Part shown: positions 30,812-40,735 of the stretch, piece by piece | How positions within the stretch are numbered: the stretch's first letter is position 1 | How the letters are laid out: every line of letters begins with the position of its first letter | Source: an uncultured Chroococcidiopsis sp. | GTDB lineage: Bacteria > Cyanobacteriota > Cyanobacteriia > Cyanobacteriales > Chroococcidiopsidaceae | Direction of reading: 5' to 3' | Length of the DNA stretch: 64,000 nucleotides | NCBI GenBank assembly: GCA_964248365.1 | Contig: CAXTYC010000024.1 | Coordinates: 15,932-79,931 of the forward strand | Program-made: the position numbers and the translations under genes | Notes under the pieces: model-generated | What the model was told of the DNA's origin: nothing | Databases searched by the model: none | Seen by the model: the letters and a program-made list of their open reading frames with translations, nothing else

Positions 30812-32200
30812 ATGCGTGTTTGTGTAATTGGTACAGGCTACGTTGGCTTAGTAACTGGTGCAAGCCTCGCCCACATCGGGCATCACGTAATTTGCGTGGA
30901 CAATAACGAAGAAAAAGTCAAATTGATGAAGGCTGGACAGTCACCGATTTTTGAACCAGGGCTGTCAGAAATTATGCACTCGGCAATTCAATCTGGCAGG
31001 ATTGAGTTTACAACAGATATTGGTGCTGGAGTTGCTCATGGGGATATTTTGTTTATCGCGGTAGGAACTCCGCCTTTGCCGAATGGGGAAAGTGATACAC
31101 GCTATGTAGAAGCTGTTGCTCGTAGCATTGGGGCAAACCTTGATGGTGGCTACAAGGTAATTGTAAACAAATCGACAGTACCAATTGGTTCCGGTGACTG
31201 GGTGCGAATGATTGTACTTGATGGAATTGTCGAACGCCAGAAGGTACTAGTCGGAGCGGGTGGCGCAAGTGATATCACAACTTTGGAAAAAGTGCCTGCG
31301 TTTGATGTAGTCAGTAACCCTGAGTTCTTGCGGGAAGGTTCAGCCGTGTATGACACCTTCAATCCCGATCGCATTGTACTGGGAGGAAGCAATCCCAAAG
31401 CGATCGCCATGATGAAAGAACTTTATGCCCCGATTGTCGAGCGCCAGTATGCGGAAGATAAAGCTTTACCACCAGTACCAGTGCTAGTTACCGATATCAG
31501 TTCGGCTGAGATGATTAAGTACGCCGCTAATGCATTTTTAGCAACCAAGATTAGTTTTATCAATGAAGTTGCCAATATCTGCGATCGCGTCGGTGCTGAT
31601 GTTACTCAAGTCGCCAAAGGCATTGGTTTAGACTCTCGCATCGGTAACAAATTTTTGCAAGCAGGCATCGGCTGGGGCGGTTCCTGTTTCCCCAAAGATG
31701 TCTCGGCATTAATTCATACCGCCGACGACTATGGTTATGAAGCCCATCTTCTCAAGGCTGCTGTGAGTGTTAACGAGCGCCAACGTCTGATTGCTATCGA
31801 AAAACTTCAGCAAGTACTAAAAATCTTGAAAGGTAAAACCGTAGGACTGCTGGGGCTTACCTTTAAACCAGATACAGATGATATGCGCGATGCACCCGCT
31901 CTCAACTTAATCGAGCATCTCAACCGTCTGGGAGCCAAAGTAAAGGCATACGACCCAATTGTTGCCCAATCTGGTATGCGTCATGGACTAACTGGCGTAT
32001 TAGTGGAAACCGATCCAGAGCGTTTAGCTGACGGCTGTGATGCCTTAGTACTAGTAACTGACTGGCAGCAGTTCCGCACTCTAGACTATAGCAAAATGGC
32101 GACTCTAATGAATAACCCTGTCGTAATCGATGGTCGCAACTTCCTCGACCGAGAAGCACTGCAACAGGCTGGGTTCTACTACGTCGGAGTGGGACGATAG
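30812..32200 (+). CDS. ugd: UDP-glucose 6-dehydrogenase
   Basis: GTGYVG, KSTVP, SNPEFLREG, GGSCFPKD, FKPDTDD. Confidence 0.95.
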   Translation: MRVCVIGTGYVGLVTGASLAHIGHHVICVDNNEEKVKLMKAGQSPIFEPGLSEIMHSAIQSGRIEFTTDIGAGVAHGDILFIAVGTPPLPNGESDTRYVEAVARSIGANLDGGYKVIVNKSTVPIGSGDWVRMIVLDGIVERQKVLVGAGGASDITTLEKVPAFDVVSNPEFLREGSAVYDTFNPDRIVLGGSNPKAIAMMKELYAPIVERQYAEDKALPPVPVLVTDISSAEMIKYAANAFLATKISFINEVANICDRVGADVTQVAKGIGLDSRIGNKFLQAGIGWGGSCFPKDVSALIHTADDYGYEAHLLKAAVSVNERQRLIAIEKLQQVLKILKGKTVGLLGLTFKPDTDDMRDAPALNLIEHLNRLGAKVKAYDPIVAQSGMRHGLTGVLVETDPERLADGCDALVLVTDWQQFRTLDYSKMATLMNNPVVIDGRNFLDREALQQAGFYYVGVGR

Positions 32201-32352
32201 GAGGGGCTAGGGAAAAAGACGCAGGGGACAAGGGGACAAGGGGAAGAATCAACAGTCGTCCTCTCCTTGTCCCCCATCTCCTTGTTTCCCCCTCCTCTTC
32301 TAGCCCCTAGCCTCTAGCCCCCAGCCTCCAGCCCCTAGTCCTCAGCCCCTAG

Positions 32353-33147
32353 TTAACCATTACCAGGAATCCTCTCAATTTGGGCGTAGCCGCTGAAAAC
32401 AAGGTTTTTGCCTTGAGTTTCTAAGCGGTTAAGCCGCATGGTCACTCCATCGAGGTCAAAGCGATCCAAATCGACCATATTATTTAAAATGTCAGCCATA
32501 GCTTTGGCTAGAGCTAGAGAAATTTCCTGTTGGGATTCTGGTACAGCGTCTAATTCAAACTGAGGATTTTGGAAGGCAAGCCGCCGCCGCCGTTCTATTC
32601 CTATAGTTGCCCTTAAACTAATTGGCACTCGGTTATCATCAGATAAGTCTGCTATAGCCATAATCTGCACTTGGTTTTCAGGCAAAAGTTGCAGTTGGAC
32701 TTGATCGAATGAAACTGGCTTACCTGCAGACAAGTCTGTCAAGGCAGGTAAACTAAGGTTCTGAAGGCGCTTTTTTACCAATTCGGCACTAAAGGCTTGG
32801 TTAATGCCTGTTTCAGATAATGTAACAGAGGCAACAGCTTGAGTGGGTTGCTTCAGTGCTAATTTGCCACTGAGAACCGAACTAAAGTCAATCGCAACGG
32901 CATCTGTTTCAAATGACATTTCTTCTACCCAGAAGTCTTTGCGGATGACTAAACCGCGACCGCTCATTTTGAAGCTATCGATGCTGCCCTGCAAGAGTTT
33001 ACTGGAAGGATAGCAGCGTACAGAGACTTCTACTGATTCGCTTTGAGTAAACAAGTGGCGAATCGTTTTGCTGGCAACGGTATTGAGCATTTTCTCTCCC
33101 CAATCAGTGCCAGTTGGATTGGTTAAACCAGTAAATCCGCCGAACAT
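32353..33147 (-). CDS. DUF2993 (LmeA-like) domain protein
   Basis: SSKLLQGSIDSFKMSGRGL..LKQPTQAVA pattern of cyanobacterial DUF2993 proteins. Confidence 0.75.
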   Translation of the reverse strand: MFGGFTGLTNPTGTDWGEKMLNTVASKTIRHLFTQSESVEVSVRCYPSSKLLQGSIDSFKMSGRGLVIRKDFWVEEMSFETDAVAIDFSSVLSGKLALKQPTQAVASVTLSETGINQAFSAELVKKRLQNLSLPALTDLSAGKPVSFDQVQLQLLPENQVQIMAIADLSDDNRVPISLRATIGIERRRRLAFQNPQFELDAVPESQQEISLALAKAMADILNNMVDLDRFDLDGVTMRLNRLETQGKNLVFSGYAQIERIPGNG

Positions 33148-33581
33148 TGTTGTTTCGCGCTTATAGAAGTTATTTATACTTTTGTAACAAACACTGACAG
33201 TTACAGCAAGCTCCCGTAGATATAGTATTTAAATAGAAGCTGCTAGGAAAACTAATATGCACTCATGAAGCTGGAGACTAGAGGCTAGAGGCTAGGGGAT
33301 CTGGGATTGGAAGAGATGGGGAAAATCATCAATGTCGAAAGTCGAAATTCGACTTTCGACTTCTACTAGTGTGCTTTTGCTATGAGCGATCGCTCATAGC
33401 GCATAAACTTACATAAGCAAGGCTAAACGTGTGACTGCATAAGAGTTTAATCATTGCGGTAAAATATTTTGTGTTAGAGTATTTACTGAGAGTGAGTTCG
33501 GCAGTTGTGTTTGGTTGTGCTAATTCAGACGCTTCTTTCGAATCGACGTCTCTACATCATCAAGATTCGGGAGAAGTTTGA

Positions 33582-33908
33582 ATGTCTATTTATGTGGGTA
33601 ACCTGTCCTTTAAAGTTACACAGGAAGACCTAATGAGCGTTTTTGCCGAATATGGCACAGTTACAAGAGTACAATTACCCACAGACCGAGAAAGTGGTCG
33701 TCCACGCGGCTTTGGTTTCGTCGAAATGGAAACAGAAGCCGAAGAAGATAAAGCTATAGCAGAGCTTGATGGCGCTGAGTGGATGGGGCGAGTAATGAAA
33801 GTGAATAAAGCCAAGCCACGCGAAGACAGAGGCGGTGATAGAGGTGGTCGGTCTGGTGGCGGTAACTGGAAAGGAAATAACCAGCGTGGTTACTCCAAGA
33901 GTTACTAG
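33582..33908 (+). CDS. rbp: RRM RNA-binding protein with Gly-rich tail
   Basis: RNP2 IYVGNL, RNP1 [17 protein letters not shown] box before the start. Confidence 0.96.
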   Translation: MSIYVGNLSFKVTQEDLMSVFAEYGTVTRVQLPTDRESGRPRGFGFVEMETEAEEDKAIAELDGAEWMGRVMKVNKAKPREDRGGDRGGRSGGGNWKGNNQRGYSKSY

Positions 33909-33968
33909 TATAAGTTAACGGTTGGTTAAAGTCAAGCGATCGCGCTAAAAGCGTAAACAAAGTTTTAG

Positions 33969-34005
33969 AGTGGGGTGCGTTAAAAAAGCACCCCACTGCT
34001 TTTTT
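33969..34005 (+). terminator. Rho-independent terminator after rbp
   Basis: AGTGGGGTGC/GCACCCCACT 10-bp stem then GCTTTTTT. Confidence 0.8.
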
Positions 34006-34009
34006 ACAG

Positions 34010-34930
34010 TTAAGTCATGGGTGGCGTATAGTCGGGCATTTGTCTTGCTACACCCAGCAGGTAGTCAAAATAGGTACGAGCAACAACAGACAATTGTTTG
34101 CCTGCTGGATATACCATGTACCAATAACGGCGAATTGGAAAGTATTCTACATCCAAAATTGCTAACTGGCTGGGATATCCTTCGGTTGATATGGTATGGC
34201 GAGATAAAACTGAGATTCCTAAACCACCAGCGATTGCCTGCTTAATTGCCTCATTACTACCCAACTCCAGCTTGACTTTGAGAGTAACTGAGTGTTCATC
34301 AAACAGTTTTTGCACGGCTGTGCGAGTACCTGAACCTGGTTCTCGCAAAATAAAAGGCTCTTCACTCAAACGTTGGATTGAGATCTTTTTTTCTTTCGCC
34401 AGAGGATGATTGATTGGTGCTAATACTATCAATGGGTTTTCCAAAAACGGCTGGCAGGTGATATCGAGATGCTCTGGCAGTTGACTCATAATATACAAGT
34501 CGTCCAGATTCTCTTTCAGACGTTCCACAATCCCTGAGTGGTTCGTCACTTGTAAAGCAATATCGATTCCTGGGTAAAGCTGGCAAAATGGACCTAATAA
34601 ACGCGGTACGAAATATTTAGCAGTTGTAATCACTGCTAAGCGTAGTTTTCCCTGCTTCATCCCTTTTAAGTCTGCTACCGTCATTTCAAACTGGGAAATC
34701 CTTTCAAATATTTCCCGACAGGTAGCAAACAGTTCCTGTCCCGCTTGGGTGAGGTAAAGCCGTTTACCTACTTGTTCAAACAATGGCAAACCAACTGCCT
34801 TGGTTAGCTGCTTCACCTGCATAGAGACAGTTGGTTGAGTCAAGAACAGTTCTTCCGCCGCGCGAGTAAAGCTACCATTGCGCGCGGCAGCTTCAAACAC
34901 CTTTAACTGATGGAGCGTCGCCTGTTTCAC
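34010..34930 (-). CDS. cmpR: LysR family CbbR-type regulator (CmpR/CcmR group)
   Basis: ATLHQLKVF..SFTRAAEELFLTQPTVS, REPGSGTR, LGSNEAIKQ; downstream of ccmO. Orthology (cmpR vs ccmR) is inferred from synteny. Confidence 0.8.
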   Translation of the reverse strand: MKQATLHQLKVFEAAARNGSFTRAAEELFLTQPTVSMQVKQLTKAVGLPLFEQVGKRLYLTQAGQELFATCREIFERISQFEMTVADLKGMKQGKLRLAVITTAKYFVPRLLGPFCQLYPGIDIALQVTNHSGIVERLKENLDDLYIMSQLPEHLDITCQPFLENPLIVLAPINHPLAKEKKISIQRLSEEPFILREPGSGTRTAVQKLFDEHSVTLKVKLELGSNEAIKQAIAGGLGISVLSRHTISTEGYPSQLAILDVEYFPIRRYWYMVYPAGKQLSVVARTYFDYLLGVARQMPDYTPPMT

Positions 34931-35058
34931 GGCAATTCACTCAGCAGACTTCGTATATAATTATAACTCTATAACATCTATTAAAAACAATGACTTTTAT
35001 TTATGAAATTTTTAGGTTAGTATCTAAACAACTGAAAGAGCGTAAGATGACTTCCATC

Positions 35059-35164
35059 AAAGCGTTGCACAATTATAGGGGATTTGTTGATTTATATCCT
35101 GTATTTGGGCTGGTTCCAGATAGGGAAAATTGCCCTCATGCCGCCCCATTATGTGCAACGCTTT
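35059..35164. mobile_element. MITE-like element with 13-bp terminal inverted repeats
   Basis: AAAGCGTTGCACA..TGTGCAACGCTTT; related half-ends at ~18379 (GCAACGCCGA) and ~20318 (TCGGCGTTGC). Confidence 0.6.
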
Positions 35165-35263
35165 TTCTTAGGTTTTAGGGGCGTGCGTGAGAGCGGGGGA
35201 AGCGCAGGGAAGCTGGGGGAGAATAATTAATTACGAATTACGAATTACGAATTACGAATTAAT

Positions 35264-36043
35264 TTAAATTTCTTCCTTGAGTGGTACGGGCAAAGTTGTT
35301 AGATCTGGCAATTGCACAAGTTCAGTTTCAGTTTCCTTTTCCTTTTCCTTGATGGTGACTGGCAATTGTAAGGGCTGTGGCTGCTCGATCCAGCAACTAG
35401 CAAGGGGCAGAGTTTGTTCCAAATCATCCAACGGTCTGGGAATTACCATTACGGCATTTAATTCCCCAATCTTTTCTGCCTCAAACATTCCTGCCTCAAC
35501 TGCTACGGCGACATTAGACACAGAGCCGCGAATAATAACTGTACACAAGCCATCTCCAATCCTTTCATAGGATGCTAGCTGGACATCAGCAGCCTTAAGC
35601 ATGGCATCAGCTGCCCCTACCATTGCTGGAAATCCCCGCGTTTCCAACAGCCCAACAGCTTGATTACTCAAACGACTATAACCACCTCTTTGAGTCAATT
35701 GATGCAGGCGATTGCCAATCGGTAGCACTGCCTCTAGATTGGGTAGAGGACGGGGAATGACCAATGTGGAAACTAGCTGACCAAAGCCTTCAGCCGTTTC
35801 TGCACCGATTTTTACAGCGAGGCGGACATCAGCAGTACCACCACGCACGATCGCAGTACAGTAGCCACTACCAATTTTTTCATAACCTACCAGGGTGACT
35901 CCAGCGGTCTTAAGCATCATATCTGCTGTCCCAACGATTGCTGGAAAACTGCGGGTAGATACTAAACCCAAAGCCATGTCCTGAAAGCTATCTCTATGTT
36001 TCTCTTGTCCAGAGAGGACAAGCCCTTGATTTTCTGCCTGCAT
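35264..36043 (-). CDS. ccmO: Carboxysome shell protein with tandem BMC domains
   Basis: Two BMC domains (STRSFPAIVGTADMMLK; ETRGFPAMVGAADAMLK); follows ccmN. Confidence 0.92.
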   Translation of the reverse strand: MQAENQGLVLSGQEKHRDSFQDMALGLVSTRSFPAIVGTADMMLKTAGVTLVGYEKIGSGYCTAIVRGGTADVRLAVKIGAETAEGFGQLVSTLVIPRPLPNLEAVLPIGNRLHQLTQRGGYSRLSNQAVGLLETRGFPAMVGAADAMLKAADVQLASYERIGDGLCTVIIRGSVSNVAVAVEAGMFEAEKIGELNAVMVIPRPLDDLEQTLPLASCWIEQPQPLQLPVTIKEKEKETETELVQLPDLTTLPVPLKEEI

Positions 36044-36239
36044 TTTAGACCTACTCGCTGCCCACACGCCCATTATCAACTAAGAATTTGAGATTTGAGA
36101 TTTGTTTTTTGGTTCACGTCCCAGAATGAACAGAAATAAATTCGGGCATCACCAATTTTGCCTATCCTCAAGCTCCAAAGGGCAACTAGCGTTAGTTTAA
36201 TCTTTGAATGGACAATTTAAAATCTACGCATCGGTTGAT

Positions 36240-36914
36240 TTATGTACTTTCAGGTGGAGATGAACCGTCTTGCCCTTGCTGGCTTAGGGAGCGATTGTAG
36301 GGAAGCAAAGTTGATATTAGCTGTGACAACGAGGCTTTTCCATATACCACTGGAGTAGCAGTAGTTGGGGCTGATTCGGGTTGGGGTTGAATTTGTTCAG
36401 ATTCTAGCTCTGACTGACTGGGAGAGTCAGTGTCGAGGGCTTCTGTATTGGTGGATTGTGGTTGGGCGTTGGAGCCACTAGTATCTTCCTGCCGAGAACC
36501 TGGTGCTACAAGTTGCCCCCGTTCAGGCTGGGTGTGGTTGGTGGATTGTGGTTGGGCGTTGGAGCGACTAGTGTCTCCCAGCAGAGAACCTGGTGCTACA
36601 ATTTGCCCCCGTTCAATTGAACAATTTAGTATTGTTGTGGCTGAACCGATGCAAGCATTTGCCCCAATTTTACCCGCACCAACCACCAAAACCCCTGCCC
36701 CAAGGATTGCCCCTGTCTCGATTTCCAGAGTACCGTCATGAGCGTGTAACACAGCCCCCATGCCGATACACACTCCAGCACAGATGTTAATCCGACTGTT
36801 TGGAGTTGCAATGAGCATCACTCCGCTTGCGATCGCTGCATTTGGATCAATCATTACCTCGCCACTTACGTAGGAATTAAAGTTGGTAATCAGATGTAGT
36901 GGCGACACAGACAT
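36240..36914 (-). CDS. ccmN: Carboxysome assembly protein
   Basis: Hexapeptide-repeat N-terminus, low-complexity linker, C-terminal VYGK..LISTLLP encapsulation peptide. Confidence 0.92.
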   Translation of the reverse strand: MSVSPLHLITNFNSYVSGEVMIDPNAAIASGVMLIATPNSRINICAGVCIGMGAVLHAHDGTLEIETGAILGAGVLVVGAGKIGANACIGSATTILNCSIERGQIVAPGSLLGDTSRSNAQPQSTNHTQPERGQLVAPGSRQEDTSGSNAQPQSTNTEALDTDSPSQSELESEQIQPQPESAPTTATPVVYGKASLSQLISTLLPYNRSLSQQGQDGSSPPEST

Positions 36915-37000
36915 TAGGATTGCAACCTCGTACGTTCCGAAAATAATCGGATGAGACAGTAGCCATTATAGTAGGCATTCATTACGAGCAAGTGTAGATC

Positions 37001-38665
37001 CTATTGACCTGGGCGTTGGATAATTGTTTCCATTACCCGTTTTTTCGCTTTGGGTTCAATACCAAACAAGCGGACATATTCGCCTTCGTGATTTGCTATG
37101 CACTGCTCCACAGCGGCGATCGCTTCTGATTCTGAGCGAGTATCAATTGGACTGCAACTTTGCCATGAACCAGTGCGGAAACGGCGCTGATCTACGTGTT
37201 CTGTGCCAATCTTGTATCCACCAGCCAAGATATTGCGAACTTGCTCTAAAATTTCTGGACTCAGCTGGGAACTTGTACTCGCCCTTGTACTCGCCCTTGT
37301 ACTATTCATTGTACTTTGGCTACTGGTATTCGGATATGCTGTTGCTGTTCTAGCTGAACCAGAAACCTGATCTTCTGGGCGTTGAATAATTGTTTCCATT
37401 ACACGCCGCTTACCTTTGGGATCGATACCAATTAGGCGCACGTACTCGCCAGCGTATTCGGCTAGATTTGCCTCAATTGCTGCCAATACCGTCGATGCTT
37501 GCCCAGAATCAATCGCACCGCAGCTTTGCCAAGACCCAGTACGAAAGCGGCGCTGATCTACGTGTTCTATACCAATCTTGTATCCTGAAGCTAGAATATT
37601 GCGTACCTGCTCGACAATATCTGCACTCAGTCCTGTTGTAGTACTTGTAGTATTACTGAAATTACTTACTGCTGGGGCAGGAACAGATGTTTTAGTAGTG
37701 GTTGGCTGGTAACTGCCGTCTGGACGTTGGATAATTGTTTCTAAAACCCGTTTTTTCGCCTTGGGGTCAATGCCAAATAAGCGGACATATTCGCCTTCGT
37801 GTTCAGCCAGACAAGCTTCTAAAGCGGCGATCGCTTCTGACTGCGAACGAGTATCAATCGGACTACAACTTTGCCATGTACCAGTACGGAAACGGCGCTG
37901 ATCTACGTGTTCTGTCCCAATCTTGTATCCACCTGCCAAAAGATTACGTACTTGCTCTAGGGCATCGGCACTTAGGCGATCGCTTCTCACTGTACCCCCA
38001 TTTCCATTGCTGCGATTTAATCCATTACCTGTATAAGAGCCTGCTAACTGATTGCGGAACGTAGTAATGCTTGCCTCATCTTTAGCAGAAAGATAACTAT
38101 GACGCAAGGCATCATTCATGCCTACTACGTGACGGGCAATTTCTTGGTCTACCTTTTGCACATTGGGTAAACTGTCAGCTTGCTGCTGATTAGTAATAAC
38201 TGCTCCCGAAGCCACATACTTGCCTGGAGGAATTTCTACATCTTGGATCAGGGCGTGCATCATCACAATACAGCCATTACCCACCCGCGCATTAAATACT
38301 GTCGAGCGAAAGCCAATAAAGCAGTCGTCGCCAATATAAGCAGGTCCATAAATTAAAGCCATGTGGGTAATAGAAGAATTTTTCCCTATCCACACTGAGT
38401 ATTGGTTTTTGTCGTCTCCAATTACTTGACCTTGCTCCAAACCTCGAATTACTACACCATCGAGTATGTTAGTGCCTTCACCAATATAAAAAGGACTACC
38501 TTCATCGGCGCGAATTGATGTCCCTGGTGCAATCATCACATTCGGACCTATCCGAACATCCCCAATAATGTTAGCTAAGGAATGTACGTAGGCGGTTTGA
38601 TGAATTTTTGGCTCTGCCAAATTTTTCGACCTAGTCGGCGGGGCAGCAAAGCTGCGGGCTACCAT
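37001..38665 (-). CDS. ccmM: Carboxysome protein CcmM (gamma-CA-like domain plus three RbcS-like repeats)
   Basis: [18 protein letters not shown]; three [11 protein letters not shown](S/T)WQSC repeats. Confidence 0.97.
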   Translation of the reverse strand: MVARSFAAPPTRSKNLAEPKIHQTAYVHSLANIIGDVRIGPNVMIAPGTSIRADEGSPFYIGEGTNILDGVVIRGLEQGQVIGDDKNQYSVWIGKNSSITHMALIYGPAYIGDDCFIGFRSTVFNARVGNGCIVMMHALIQDVEIPPGKYVASGAVITNQQQADSLPNVQKVDQEIARHVVGMNDALRHSYLSAKDEASITTFRNQLAGSYTGNGLNRSNGNGGTVRSDRLSADALEQVRNLLAGGYKIGTEHVDQRRFRTGTWQSCSPIDTRSQSEAIAALEACLAEHEGEYVRLFGIDPKAKKRVLETIIQRPDGSYQPTTTKTSVPAPAVSNFSNTTSTTTGLSADIVEQVRNILASGYKIGIEHVDQRRFRTGSWQSCGAIDSGQASTVLAAIEANLAEYAGEYVRLIGIDPKGKRRVMETIIQRPEDQVSGSARTATAYPNTSSQSTMNSTRASTRASTSSQLSPEILEQVRNILAGGYKIGTEHVDQRRFRTGSWQSCSPIDTRSESEAIAAVEQCIANHEGEYVRLFGIEPKAKKRVMETIIQRPGQ

Positions 38666-38750
38666 ACAACAATTCCTCTAAACTGAAAAAGCGTTTCCAT
38701 TCAATTAATCTTCCAACAAGTGGGACACTAATCCCAAGCGCAATTAACAA

Positions 38751-38875
38751 TAGACCTCTTGCAAAAGTTACTTTTGCCCCGTAGGGGAAAGGGAAAGGGG
38801 GACTTGGAAAAGGTAAATTTCTACCCTCTTCCCTTTAACCTAAAACCAGCGTCCCGACTAATGCCACGAAGTCTA
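38751..38875. mobile_element. Degenerate MITE-like element between ccmL and ccmM
   Basis: TAGACCTCTTGCA left end, imperfect TGCCACGAAGTCTA right end, internal purine/pyrimidine inverted tracts. Confidence 0.5.
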
Positions 38876-38922
38876 ATGTACAATTGATAATTATTTAGAC
38901 CATAATTACGAATTGTACATTG

Positions 38923-39222
38923 TTAGCGGTATTGATCTCTTTTGCTGTAGATATTGCGGTTATCAACACTGACAGTATCAATAATACCCACAACTATTGC
39001 ATCAAGCGGACGTTCACTACCACCAACTTGACGGGCTGCACTTCCACGACTAACTAAAACCCACTCATCTATTCCAGCACCTACCTGATCAGCTGCCACC
39101 TCGTATTTTGGCAGCAGCTGACCTTCTAGATCTACAAACTGCAATAGCAGCAGTTTTGATCCTCTCAAAGAGGGTTCTTTCTGGGTACTAACAACAGTAC
39201 CCCGAACAAGGGCAATTTGCAT
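38923..39222 (-). CDS. ccmL: Carboxysome vertex pentamer protein
   Basis: VRGTVVSTQK, VGAGIDEWVLVSRGSAAR. Confidence 0.96.
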   Translation of the reverse strand: MQIALVRGTVVSTQKEPSLRGSKLLLLQFVDLEGQLLPKYEVAADQVGAGIDEWVLVSRGSAARQVGGSERPLDAIVVGIIDTVSVDNRNIYSKRDQYR

Positions 39223-39228
39223 TTAAGC

Positions 39229-39570
39229 TTATGGTCTGTTATAAGGGCGAATGCCGCTAACACTCTCACGGAATTGTTCTACAGCTTCGGTGTAGCGAAT
39301 AGGCAGCACATATTCTAGGTTTTCGTGGGGACGGGCGATGATGTGGGTAGACAATACCTGACCGCCGTTTACACGCTTGACTGAATCAACACCAGCTGCT
39401 ACCGATGCTTGCACTTCCGAAACATCGCCCCGCACAATTACCGTTACCCTTCCGCTACCAATTTTTTCATATCCTACCAATGTGACACGGGCGGCTTTGA
39501 CCATCGCATCGGCGGCTTCCACGACTGCGGGAAAGCCCAAGGTTTCAATCATTCCAACTGCAATTGCCAT
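39229..39570 (-). CDS. ccmK1: Carboxysome shell hexamer with C-terminal extension
   Basis: [24 protein letters not shown]; 113 aa. Confidence 0.93.
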   Translation of the reverse strand: MAIAVGMIETLGFPAVVEAADAMVKAARVTLVGYEKIGSGRVTVIVRGDVSEVQASVAAGVDSVKRVNGGQVLSTHIIARPHENLEYVLPIRYTEAVEQFRESVSGIRPYNRP

Positions 39571-39632
39571 TTTAATACTCCGTTGCTGAAAGTCGCGTAA
39601 GGTTGTTAACTGAAAGCTTATCTTCCGAATAT

Positions 39633-39941
39633 TTACATTCGGAATTGTTCAACTGCTTCGGTATAGCGGATCGGCAATACATACTCTAGGTTTTCGTGGG
39701 GACGAGCAATAATGTGTGTAGACAAAACTTCACCACCATTAACCCGTTTTGCTGCGTCAATACCAGCAGCTACTGATGCTTGTACTTCCGAAACATCGCC
39801 CCGCACAATTACAGTTACCCTTGCGCTTCCGATTTTTTCATAGCCCACGAGTGTGACGCGGGCAGCTTTGACCATTGCATCAGCTGCTTCCACAACAGCA
39901 GGAAAACCTTTAGTCTCAATCATTCCAACTGCGATCGGCAT
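39633..39941 (-). CDS. ccmK2: Carboxysome shell hexamer
   Basis: Same BMC motif; 102 aa; first gene of the operon. Confidence 0.93.
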   Translation of the reverse strand: MPIAVGMIETKGFPAVVEAADAMVKAARVTLVGYEKIGSARVTVIVRGDVSEVQASVAAGIDAAKRVNGGEVLSTHIIARPHENLEYVLPIRYTEAVEQFRM

Positions 39942-40216
39942 TTTTGAACTTCTCCTTAATTATGTCTTGAAAAACCTAGTGGAATCAGTTTTTTGCAATC
40001 TTTGACGGGTATACCCATCATTTAACTTAGAAAAAAGTCATCCTGCATTTAAGCATAGGGAAGCTTTGCCCCCCTGACAATATAAATCACTATGATAATT
40101 TTGAATAAGAAAGTTTAAAAAAACTTAACGGTCTAAACGAGGGCAGGTAGCTCATCTAAACTGCAACGATTTATCGAACAGCTGCTTTTATTTTATAATT
40201 TCTTAATTACATTGGG

Positions 40217-40297
40217 ATAAAACAAACTTATAACCAATCAAATTGCTACTAATGAGTGATTGCCTAAAAGCGCAAAATATGAATAAAGCAATTCTAT
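40217..40297. promoter_or_regulatory. Two LysR-type T-N11-A boxes in the ccmK2/ndhF4 divergent region
   Basis: ATAA-AACAAAC-TTAT (40217-40231), ATAA-AGCAATT-CTAT (40283-40297); AT-rich background lowers specificity. Confidence 0.35.
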
Positions 40298-40735
40298 TTG
40301 AGTCATGAAATACCAGGAGTCGTCATTTGTCATTTGTTGTTGGTTTTGGACAAAGGACAGCCATCTAGGACTACTTCACCATCATGCGCTTGGCTATTGA
40401 AGAGTTCTCACTTGCGTATTAGCTGCAAACAGTCAATACCTTGAGAACCAAGTGATATAATTTCCTTAGAATAAAGTCAGATCAGGCTTAGCTAAACGCG
40501 ATATGAGTCCCAATGGTTGATGAATTTGAATTAGCTTACTTAACTATAACCCGACTACTTACTTCATACATTAGCGAAACTCAAGTTGTGGGTAATTTAT
40601 TTAGCTAAGTAGAAAGCTTGAGGATTCAAACTAAAAGTTTGAGTTGAAGGGAAATAATATTTAAGAGTCACAAATTCAATTGTAGCTGTTAATGAAACAA
40701 TAGTTTTTGATTGTCATTTTTTTAGGAAACTTTCA

